A stretch of DNA of 64,000 nt from a virus. A program made the position numbers and the translations under genes. The notes under the pieces are model-generated. The model was not told the DNA's origin and did not search any database. It saw only the letters and a program-made list of their open reading frames with translations. This document shows positions 34,979 to 42,430 of the stretch, in pieces. Location of the stretch: positions 16,003-80,002 of IMG/VR virus record IMGVR_UViG_3300049049_000237; one strand, written 5' to 3'. Numbering within the stretch: the first letter of the stretch is position 1; every line of letters starts with the position of its first letter.

Positions 34979-35316
34979 CAGAAGTACTTCGGCGACAACA
35001 TCTTGCCGAGCGCTCCGCGCGCAAGGTGCAAGACGTGCCCGAGGACATACCGCATCTCTCCGTGGATGCGGATGCAGGTACCCGTACGCGCGTAGATCGC
35101 GACCGGGTTCTTGTTGATCTTGCGAGTGAGCTCCAGCCCACCAGACTGACCGTGCTGCACGAGCTCGATCTCCGCGTCCTCGAAGCGGAGCCCTTCGCCG
35201 GGCTCTACCTTCCCGTTCGCGAGGAGGATGAGATCGAGGGCGTCACGAAGTGCCTCTGCCCGGTTCCCGAACGCGCTCATGTCGTCCGAGGATACCGTCT
35301 TCTTCGTGGGAGCCAT
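34978..35316 (-). CDS. Hypothetical protein
   Basis: TGATG-coupled ORF. Confidence 0.55.
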   Translation of the reverse strand: MAPTKKTVSSDDMSAFGNRAEALRDALDLILLANGKVEPGEGLRFEDAEIELVQHGQSGGLELTRKINKNPVAIYARTGTCIRIHGEMRYVLGHVLHLARGALGKMLSPKYF

Positions 35317-35594
35317 CAGTCGCTCAGCCTGTCGTATTCCTGACGGGTCGCTGACGTCGCGAACTCCAGCTCGACGTCGAGCGCCGTCATGAGGAAGCCG
35401 TTGAGCTGGCGGAACCGCACAGCCACACGCTTGCCGCAGCGGGAGGTGTTCGTCGATTCGACGACGCCCTCAGCACCGGCGTAAGGCCCGGACTTGATCC
35501 GGACCTTGTCGCTCGGCTTGAATCGTCCCGAGGTCTTCGGGAACAGCTTGCTGGGCTCTGCGCCCTTCTTCTTTCGCTTCGTGTTCGTGTTCAT
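35316..35594 (-). CDS. KOW-motif protein
   Basis: FKPSDKVRIKSGPYAGAEGVV. Confidence 0.65.
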   Translation of the reverse strand: MNTNTKRKKKGAEPSKLFPKTSGRFKPSDKVRIKSGPYAGAEGVVESTNTSRCGKRVAVRFRQLNGFLMTALDVELEFATSATRQEYDRLSD

Positions 35595-35616
35595 GTTCGT
35601 GTTCGTGTTCAGTTCA
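35576..35616 (-). repeat. Tandem GAACA(C/T) hexamers around a start codon
   Basis: Minus strand GAACTGAACACGAACACGAACATGAACACGAACACGAAG. Confidence 0.8.
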
Positions 35617-36318
35617 TGTTGTGGCGTTGAGAGTAGCGGCACCGGGAGTCGTCGAGACCGCCTCCACCGTCAGCTTCGTGCCATCAGTGAAGTAGAAGTC
35701 CCAGACGTTCGTGACGGTGGTGCTCACGTGCTCGATGACCTTGTTGCGCGCCGCACGGTTGACGAAGACCTCTTGGCGCGGGTCAACGAGCTCGTTGTGC
35801 TTCATCACCAGATCGGAGGCCATGACGTACGCCTCCTGGAAGTCGACGACAGCGAGCGCCGACATCTCTGCGACCGTCTCGCCATCGATGTCTTCGATGG
35901 TTCCGAGCCAGTTGTTGGTCGCCTGCTCGGTCAGGCGCCACTCCGGGTCTAGATGAAGAGGGAGCACCCAGCGCTTCCCCATCACCTCCGAGATGTTCAC
36001 ACCGTTGCGGTTGGTGTCGAGGGATTGATCGAGCTCCTCGACGAAACGCAGCACCTCGTCGTACTCGTCCTGTTCGAGCATCGACAGGAGCCACGCATCT
36101 TGTGCGAGCTCTGCACGCACGCCTCGCGCGATGAGGACGCCCTTGAAGAACGACGAGTAGTCCAGGTCGTCGTAGAGCTCGACGTCGTCACGGAGCCATG
36201 TCACGGCGGCGCGAAGCGCACGCAGATCACCCTTCGAGTAGCCTGCGCCATCCAGAGGCTTGGGAGCCTCCTCCTCGATCTCCTCGTCTTCGAGTTGATC
36301 GAGTTCGATTTCGGCCAT
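35614..36318 (-). CDS. Acidic hypothetical protein
   Basis: From MAEIEL; GGAG SD. Confidence 0.65.
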   Translation of the reverse strand: MAEIELDQLEDEEIEEEAPKPLDGAGYSKGDLRALRAAVTWLRDDVELYDDLDYSSFFKGVLIARGVRAELAQDAWLLSMLEQDEYDEVLRFVEELDQSLDTNRNGVNISEVMGKRWVLPLHLDPEWRLTEQATNNWLGTIEDIDGETVAEMSALAVVDFQEAYVMASDLVMKHNELVDPRQEVFVNRAARNKVIEHVSTTVTNVWDFYFTDGTKLTVEAVSTTPGAATLNATT

Positions 36319-36334
36319 GTTGTTCTCCTTCGGT

Positions 36335-36892
36335 TCAGCGGGGCGTGAGTCGCGGGTCACCCTTCTCGTCGATGGACCAGACGAGACCTGTGTAGCGATC
36401 GATGAGGCGCAGAGCCTCGTCGCCGAAGTGCATCGTGTCGTCGACGCTGTTCTTCAGCATCTTGCTTCTTCGGAGGAGGGTCACCTCGCGTGCGGCGCTC
36501 TCAGCACTGTCGCTGCCGTGCACCGCGTTGCGCATGATGACGCCCTTCTTCTCCCCGTACTGGCCCCGCACGGTGTGCGGCGCTGCCTGACGCGGATCGG
36601 TCGCTCCGATCATCGAGCGCCACTTCCCGATGGCATCCGGGGCGACGAGCGTGACCGCGTACATGCGCTCGCTCGACATGAACTTCACGAGGTCGTTGAA
36701 GTGGGCCTTGTCCTTGTGCTCCTTGTAGAACAAGGCGACGTCGTCCGGGTCCCACTTCGCACAGATCACATCTGCGACGAAGAAGTTGAGCTCCATCATC
36801 GTGAGAATGCGTCCCGCCACCCGATTCTCGACGGCATCGGGCTTGATGAGCGCGAACGTGAACTCCAGCGGCTCTCCGGTCAGAAAGTGCAT
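36335..36892 (-). CDS. ndk: Nucleoside diphosphate kinase
   Basis: TFALIKPDA, FYKEH..F..LV.FM.S, GATDP..A.P.TVRG, RNAVHGSDS..SA.RE. Confidence 0.95.
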   Translation of the reverse strand: MHFLTGEPLEFTFALIKPDAVENRVAGRILTMMELNFFVADVICAKWDPDDVALFYKEHKDKAHFNDLVKFMSSERMYAVTLVAPDAIGKWRSMIGATDPRQAAPHTVRGQYGEKKGVIMRNAVHGSDSAESAAREVTLLRRSKMLKNSVDDTMHFGDEALRLIDRYTGLVWSIDEKGDPRLTPR

Positions 36893-37068
36893 CACTTCTT
36901 CTCCTTCACTGTGATCTCGAACTTGCGCCCGTCCTCGACCATGAGGACGGTGAACTTGTCGGGTTCGATCTTCAGCACCTTGAACGGGATGTCTCGCTTC
37001 TCTTCGCGCGCCTCGATGTTGACGAGATCGAAGTGAGCAAGGAGCGCCGACATCATCGGGTTGGACAT
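36892..37068 (-). CDS. Small hypothetical protein
   Basis: From MSNPMM; TGATG coupling. Confidence 0.5.
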   Translation of the reverse strand: MSNPMMSALLAHFDLVNIEAREEKRDIPFKVLKIEPDKFTVLMVEDGRKFEITVKEKK

Positions 37069-37084
37069 GCTGTTCTCCAGGCAA

Positions 37085-37120
37085 CGAAAACGCCGTGCAC
37101 CTAGGGGGCGCACGGCGTCC
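37085..37120 (-). terminator. Intrinsic terminator
   Basis: ACGCCGTGC..GCACGGCGT then TTTCGTTG. Confidence 0.7.
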
Positions 37121-37135
37121 TCGCCCGCGAAGGGA

Positions 37136-37885
37136 TCAGAGGGTGTTGAACGCGTCGTGGAACACCTGGACGAACGACACCGCCAGTTGCCCCGCGGTGT
37201 GCATGTACGCGTCGTCATCGTGCGTGACGATCGAGAACTTCATCCGCTGCTCCAGGCTGTCCTTCTCGCTGAGCTCGGTCGTGCACGGCGGCCGAAGGAC
37301 CAGATTGCACGCATCGACACCCGAGAGGACGGGGTACCCGTCCGGAGCCTGCGCGCTGTCGAGGAAGCCCCGCAGCACGTCGTAGGCGTCCACGAAGCCG
37401 ACGTCGTTGCTGATGAGCCTCTTCCGGTACGCAGCGTTCACGAGGTCGCGGGTGGTCACGAGCACAGGGACGTGAGCCCACGAGACTCGCTTCCTCGCAC
37501 GCTGCTTCGTGACCACGTCCGTGCACTCGTAGAGGAGATCGTCGAAGTCGGTGTCGCAGCCGTCACGCAGAGCGACGAGGTGGCGCACGAACATCGCCGG
37601 GCTGATGTGGAAGCCGACCTCGCCCACCACATGGTGGCGAACGCGTTGGTGCACGCGCGACGGCATCGGGGCTCCGGGCTCCTCGACGTACCGCTCGTGC
37701 GCTTCGATGGTGCTCGTCGCACGGACGAGATCGATGCTCCTCTTCGTGTACACGCGCAGCTTGTCGAAGAACGTCGTGTCGCTGTAGAGCGGGACCAGGC
37801 CGAGGACCCCGCCATCACCGTCTCCGATGTACTTGGCCGGGAACACCAGGAATGCCTTGGGGACGCAGAACTCGATGTCGCTCAT
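37136..37885 (-). CDS. Hypothetical protein
   Basis: CCTATAAA motif, GGAG SD and GAAC-ATG upstream. Confidence 0.65.
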   Translation of the reverse strand: MSDIEFCVPKAFLVFPAKYIGDGDGGVLGLVPLYSDTTFFDKLRVYTKRSIDLVRATSTIEAHERYVEEPGAPMPSRVHQRVRHHVVGEVGFHISPAMFVRHLVALRDGCDTDFDDLLYECTDVVTKQRARKRVSWAHVPVLVTTRDLVNAAYRKRLISNDVGFVDAYDVLRGFLDSAQAPDGYPVLSGVDACNLVLRPPCTTELSEKDSLEQRMKFSIVTHDDDAYMHTAGQLAVSFVQVFHDAFNTL

Positions 37886-37920
37886 GTTCCTGTTCTCCTT
37901 CTTCTTGTTTATAGGAAGAT

Positions 37921-38199
37921 TCAGTTCGTATTCTGACGAATCTCCATGATGTCGTTGTCGTTCTCGTCGTGCCACTCGATCCACTCCCCGCCCTCGAACA
38001 CCTCCAGCCCGCAGGCATTCGAGAAGATGTGCTCGTCGCCGAGGTAGTTGTCGTAGTCACCGAGAACGTTGAGCACGTCGTGTGCGTGATCGATGTCGCG
38101 CACCAACACGTGGAAGGGCTCACGCGGCGGGTTCGGGATGTGCCACACGCGCAACGTGCCTTCCTTCGTCACGGGCACCGATTCTTTGTTGTTCTTCAT
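37921..38199 (-). CDS. P22 gp17-like (superinfection exclusion / anti-Abi) protein
   Basis: LRVWHIPNPP..PFHV..LGDYD..NACGLE..W.EW resembles the P22 gp17 pattern as recalled. Confidence 0.65.
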   Translation of the reverse strand: MKNNKESVPVTKEGTLRVWHIPNPPREPFHVLVRDIDHAHDVLNVLGDYDNYLGDEHIFSNACGLEVFEGGEWIEWHDENDNDIMEIRQNTN

Positions 38200-38201
38200 G
38201 T

Positions 38202-38906
38202 TCAGTGTCCGTAGTTGAAGCCGACGTGGTAGTTGACGCCTTCGATGGTGATGATCACGTCGACCGAGCCGCAGCAGCCGTTGTTCTTCTGCTTCATGTA
38301 GTGGTGAAGCCGCTGCCGATCGCCGACTCGTGCGACGCGGAAGTTGTCCATGCAGTCCTTCTGCTGCTGGCGGAACCACGCCTCAAGCTGCACGCGATGC
38401 GTGGCGTACGCGTTCTCCCACTTGAACGCGTGACGAGCGAGGTACGCCTCGTGTCGTCTGCTCTTCACCGCTCTGAAGAGGGCCGAGAGGATGTACGGCG
38501 GTGCCTCCTCTCGCATCTTCTTGAAGAACGCTCGGTAGTCGTACTTCGGGTTCTCGTACTCCGGAGCGGTGGTCCACTGGTTCCACGTGAGCCCAGGGTT
38601 GGGAGCGCCCAACCGATGGTTCGGCGTGTCGAGCAGCAGGCGAGTGAGCGTCCCTTCACGTAGTCCGAGGTTGCGCTCGATGAGCACCATGTCGTGTTCC
38701 TTGCCGCGCACGTTGGTCACGAGCCACATACCGCTCGGTACCATCACGCGGAGATCGGCCTGATGGCCGTACTTCATGAAGGCAAGGATGCGGCGGTCCT
38801 TGTCGTCGTAGAGCCAGTAGATCGTCGAGTTCTTGGCGCCCGATGTGTACCAGTACAGAAGCCCGCGCTCGGCTCGGTGCTGCAACTCCGTGTTGCGGTA
38901 GATCAT
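38202..38906 (-). CDS. Conserved-looking hypothetical protein
   Basis: C-terminal NNGCCGSVD..VGFNYGH. Confidence 0.65.
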   Translation of the reverse strand: MIYRNTELQHRAERGLLYWYTSGAKNSTIYWLYDDKDRRILAFMKYGHQADLRVMVPSGMWLVTNVRGKEHDMVLIERNLGLREGTLTRLLLDTPNHRLGAPNPGLTWNQWTTAPEYENPKYDYRAFFKKMREEAPPYILSALFRAVKSRRHEAYLARHAFKWENAYATHRVQLEAWFRQQQKDCMDNFRVARVGDRQRLHHYMKQKNNGCCGSVDVIITIEGVNYHVGFNYGH

Positions 38907-39199
38907 CTTTCCTCCCGACTAACGAGGAGCTTTCTCGCGGTGACCAGACAGAAGATCTGCGCGAAGAACGCGCCCAGCGTGATCAGCACCATGTTCCATC
39001 GGCCGAGGAGACCGAGGACGATGGCTTGCGCGACAAACCACCCGAAGAGGAGAAGGCCCGTATTCACGAACGTGTCGAGCGGCTTGCGTTCCTTACGCTC
39101 GACCTTCGCGGGTTCACCGCGATACGGCATCGCTCGGCTCCTTCGCGCACGCCACGTGTGCACGACCTTCGACGCGCCCGCCATCGTGGTACTGCGCAC
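38903..39199 (-). CDS. Two-TM membrane protein
   Basis: LLLFGWFVAQAIVLGLL; VLITLGAFFAQIFCLV. Confidence 0.5.
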   Translation of the reverse strand: MRSTTMAGASKVVHTWRARRSRAMPYRGEPAKVERKERKPLDTFVNTGLLLFGWFVAQAIVLGLLGRWNMVLITLGAFFAQIFCLVTARKLLVSREER

Positions 39200-39551
39200 C
39201 CTTCAGGATGAACTTCCCGCACAGCTTGCACTTGCTGCGCGTGGTCTTCTCCTCGATGGGAAACGCGCGGTACTTCGCCCGTGCCTTGGCGCGTGCTCTC
39301 TCCTGCGCTTCGAGCTCTTCCTGCTCTTCCTTCTGGTAGAGCTCGTCGAGCCACTTCTTGTCGAAGACGTAGTTCAGCTTCTGGAGCTCCTCGACGAGAA
39401 CCTTCCGGTGTCCGCCACGGGCGTTCTCGACCATCTCCACGGCCTGCTTCTGCGAGTTGCAGTAGGTGGCTGACATCCGCGCCATGAAGCGCGTCGCCTC
39501 GTTGCCGTAGTAGGTCGCCGTACGCCCGTTCGTCACCACACCGTGCTTCAT
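39114..39551 (-). CDS. Coiled-coil + zinc-finger protein
   Basis: KCKLCGK..AHVAC; GAACAAGAAC-ATG leader. Confidence 0.6.
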   Translation of the reverse strand: MKHGVVTNGRTATYYGNEATRFMARMSATYCNSQKQAVEMVENARGGHRKVLVEELQKLNYVFDKKWLDELYQKEEQEELEAQERARAKARAKYRAFPIEEKTTRSKCKLCGKFILKGAQYHDGGRVEGRAHVACAKEPSDAVSR

Positions 39552-39589
39552 GTTCTTGTTCTCCCAGAGGGATACGTTCCCTCATGCTG

Positions 39590-39597
39590 CTGATAGC
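39590..39597 (-). promoter_or_regulatory. GCTATCAG promoter-like motif
   Basis: Preceded by CTTCTTTTT. Confidence 0.55.
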
Positions 39598-39651
39598 AAA
39601 AAGAAGTAGAGGACCTTGAAGGTCTTCTACTTCCCCGCTCACCACGATGTC

Positions 39652-40881
39652 TCAGAACGAGACGACCGTGGGAGCTGCACGCGGCGTGGTGGTGCCATCG
39701 CCAAGCTGACCGAGGGAGTTGCCACCCCAGCAGACGACATCACTGCCGCGGATCGCGCAGAGGTGGGAGTCTCCCCCTGCGAGATCGCTGAGCCCATCCG
39801 ACTCCAGATACGCGGGGAAGGTCGCGGTGCCGAGGAAGTCGCTGCGGTCCAGACAGCGAACTCCCGGGCGCCCCGTCCCATCCTCGCGGCTCGTCACGAG
39901 CATGCACACGTCGCTGCCCGCGAACTCTATCTCCGTCGAGCGCGACGAGAGGCTCGTGATGCGATCGGCGAAGCCGGGTGCGTTCCAGCATACGCTGCCG
40001 CCCGACGACGACTGCCAGCACGCGAGGTCGTCCGCGATGCTGTTGCCGACACGCTCGACGTCCGTGACGTCGTACGAACCCGCCCCGCTCGCGGGCACCG
40101 CTTCCCAGAAGTTGCGGAGCTCGTAGCGGGTCGGCATGCCGGGACGCACGTCGACGTGCAGGTCGAAGAACCACAGCGCGCCGGTGCTGAGGATCATGCC
40201 CGTGCCCATCTGCGCGATCGGAGCAGGCGGCGCCCACTCCAGCATCGGCGAACCGATGCGCATCACGTAGCGGCCGTCGCTGCGACGTACCCAGCCGTTG
40301 CCGGTGCCCGCGATCGACGCATCGACGTCCGTGTAATCAGTCACGCCCGCCGCGGTCCAGCAGAAGATGTGGTGGTCTTCCGCGAGGCCGCAGTTCGCGT
40401 GGATGTCCGTTGCATGATCTACGTACTGGGGCGTACGAACGCCGTCGCCCCAGCACCACATCTGACGACGGTCGTCGAGCACGCACGTCGTGTTGCCGCT
40501 GACTTCGAGCTTCAGCGGCTGTCCGAAGACCGGAGGACCAGCGTCCACAGCGGCGTCGGGGGCGGGAGGGGTTCCGGCATCCGAAGTTCCCGCGTCGGGT
40601 GCAGCAGCGTCAGGAGCGCTCGCATCAGGCGAGGAAGCGTCCGACGGAGGAACTCCAGCATCCGACTCCGGAAGAGTTCCGCCATCTCCACCACCGTCGC
40701 GATCCACCAGTCCCCCTGCATCACCTGCATCGGTCTCCTCCGCAGCATCCGAGGCGTCCACCACGGGCGGCTCCGCGTCGTGAACGCCAGCGTCGGACGC
40801 AGCGTCCACCGGCGAGGTGTTCTCCCCGCACCCAACGAGCACGACGAGCAGCACCATCACCGTTACGCAGAACTTGTTCAT
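39652..40881 (-). CDS. RCC1-like repeat lipoprotein with Asp-Ala-Gly/Pro linker
   Basis: Lipobox LVGC; DAG/DAS/DAA linker; TCVL..WCWG, HLCAI..VCWGGNSLGQLGDG. Confidence 0.85.
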   Translation of the reverse strand: MNKFCVTVMVLLVVLVGCGENTSPVDAASDAGVHDAEPPVVDASDAAEETDAGDAGGLVDRDGGGDGGTLPESDAGVPPSDASSPDASAPDAAAPDAGTSDAGTPPAPDAAVDAGPPVFGQPLKLEVSGNTTCVLDDRRQMWCWGDGVRTPQYVDHATDIHANCGLAEDHHIFCWTAAGVTDYTDVDASIAGTGNGWVRRSDGRYVMRIGSPMLEWAPPAPIAQMGTGMILSTGALWFFDLHVDVRPGMPTRYELRNFWEAVPASGAGSYDVTDVERVGNSIADDLACWQSSSGGSVCWNAPGFADRITSLSSRSTEIEFAGSDVCMLVTSREDGTGRPGVRCLDRSDFLGTATFPAYLESDGLSDLAGGDSHLCAIRGSDVVCWGGNSLGQLGDGTTTPRAAPTVVSF

Positions 40882-40928
40882 GGCTTGTTTGCCTCCTTCT
40901 GCTTTCTTATAGGCGTTTTCTGGCCGAT

Positions 40929-41417
40929 TTAGTTGGGATCGACCTGCTCTTCGGAGATCGACGGGAAGCGATCGCAGAGCAGGTCCATCTCGCGTTCCCG
41001 TTCACGATGCAGACGCTTCTCGCGTGCGTAGACCTCCGGCGGATGATCCGAAGGTACGGTCGCGTTGAACACGAACTCGGCGTCCGACCACGCCTTCGCG
41101 AGCTCGTGCCAGCGCACGCGAGCCTTGACCGCATCCATCTGCGAGATCTCGTTCAGCTTGCGCTGATGCCAGAGCATCCAGTCCTTCTCGTCGTCGATCT
41201 TCTTCCGATCGATCTCGAAGTACTTGGCGAGGATGCCCTCGATATTGAGCGTGGACCGCAGGTATGCGTACGCATCACCGCGATCGCCAGCTTCGCAGAT
41301 ATACAGACCCTGCGAGTCCAGCCATTCGAGGAACTCCCCGAGCTTCTGCGAGGTGTCCTTCACCTGCGCGAGCTTCTGATGCTCGGGGTACCAGTGCTCC
41401 TTCTTGTTCTTGCTCAC
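40929..41417 (-). CDS. Hypothetical protein
   Basis: YPEHQKL..LGEFLEWL..LAKYFEID. Confidence 0.6.
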   Translation of the reverse strand: MSKNKKEHWYPEHQKLAQVKDTSQKLGEFLEWLDSQGLYICEAGDRGDAYAYLRSTLNIEGILAKYFEIDRKKIDDEKDWMLWHQRKLNEISQMDAVKARVRWHELAKAWSDAEFVFNATVPSDHPPEVYAREKRLHREREREMDLLCDRFPSISEEQVDPN

Positions 41418-41755
41418 CGCCGCCTCCGATGAGGCTCGCCGCTCTTACCATTCGGCGTGTCGTAGGAACGCGTGGGGACCGGAGGGCCCATTCGATCCCA
41501 GTCGTCCGTCGCCTTGATGTAGATGCCGGCCATCTCCTCTTCTCGGCCCTTGAAGTAGAACTGGACGATCTTTGCCGACTCGTACACCGTGGGAAGACGA
41601 AGATGCTTCTCCCAGTGATTCCACGTCGTCTGGGAGACACCTACTGCCGCCGCCGCCATCGTCTGCGTGTGGTTGTTCGCCTCGCGAGCGAGACCGATCA
41701 AGACACCGATGTCATAGCGGTGGTCGCGCGTCGTGCGACGCTTACTCGAAGACAC
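41414..41755 (-). CDS. XRE-family HTH protein
   Basis: AREANNHTQTMAAAAVGVSQTTWNHWE. Confidence 0.75.
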   Translation of the reverse strand: MSSSKRRTTRDHRYDIGVLIGLAREANNHTQTMAAAAVGVSQTTWNHWEKHLRLPTVYESAKIVQFYFKGREEEMAGIYIKATDDWDRMGPPVPTRSYDTPNGKSGEPHRRRR

Positions 41756-42398
41756 CGATGATCCCCATCGGCGGAACGCAGACCGTGTCCCCGTTGCTGA
41801 GCCGGACGGCGACGATCGGTTGCCCCTTGGGAAGACCCGTGGGCATGCCGCCCTCCCACGGCACGATCTCTCCGCGTCCCTGCGCGATGAGCACCCTGCG
41901 CCCCACGTGCAGCAACACCTTCTTGGTCACCTCGGGCATCGGCAGCGCCTTCCACGGCGGGTCCTCCTGCGCCGCCGCGACGTGTTGCCGAGACGCCCAC
42001 GTCGCGATCTCACGACGCTCGTCCATCGTGAGGTCCCTGATGTACTCGTGCAGGATGGGCTCTTCGACCACGAGCCCGAGGAGGCCGCAGAAGGCATCCT
42101 CGCTCGTGAGCGTGTGCGGGTTGGGCTGGACGAGTTCGAGGATGCGCTGCCGAACCTCCTCGGTGTCCTCGGGCACGATGCGTGTGGTCGAGCACACCAT
42201 ACCTTGGCTCGTCTCGCCGTCCCCGCTGTCCGGCTTGGGATCCACCGTCTCGACGAGGTACATGCCGTCGTCGCTGCTCGGAGCGAGGATGCGCACCTTG
42301 TCCCCGCACTCGATCGGCGGGCCGGTGATGGGAGACTCGTCGGAGACCGCCATCGTGTAGACGTCTCCGACTTCCATTCGCGTCACGTTATCGGGCAT
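41742..42398 (-). CDS. Hypothetical protein
   Basis: From MPDNVT; GGAG SD. Confidence 0.6.
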   Translation of the reverse strand: MPDNVTRMEVGDVYTMAVSDESPITGPPIECGDKVRILAPSSDDGMYLVETVDPKPDSGDGETSQGMVCSTTRIVPEDTEEVRQRILELVQPNPHTLTSEDAFCGLLGLVVEEPILHEYIRDLTMDERREIATWASRQHVAAAQEDPPWKALPMPEVTKKVLLHVGRRVLIAQGRGEIVPWEGGMPTGLPKGQPIVAVRLSNGDTVCVPPMGIIGVFE

Positions 42399-42430
42399 AA
42401 GCTCCACTCGTTCTTGTTCGTGTTGTCGGT

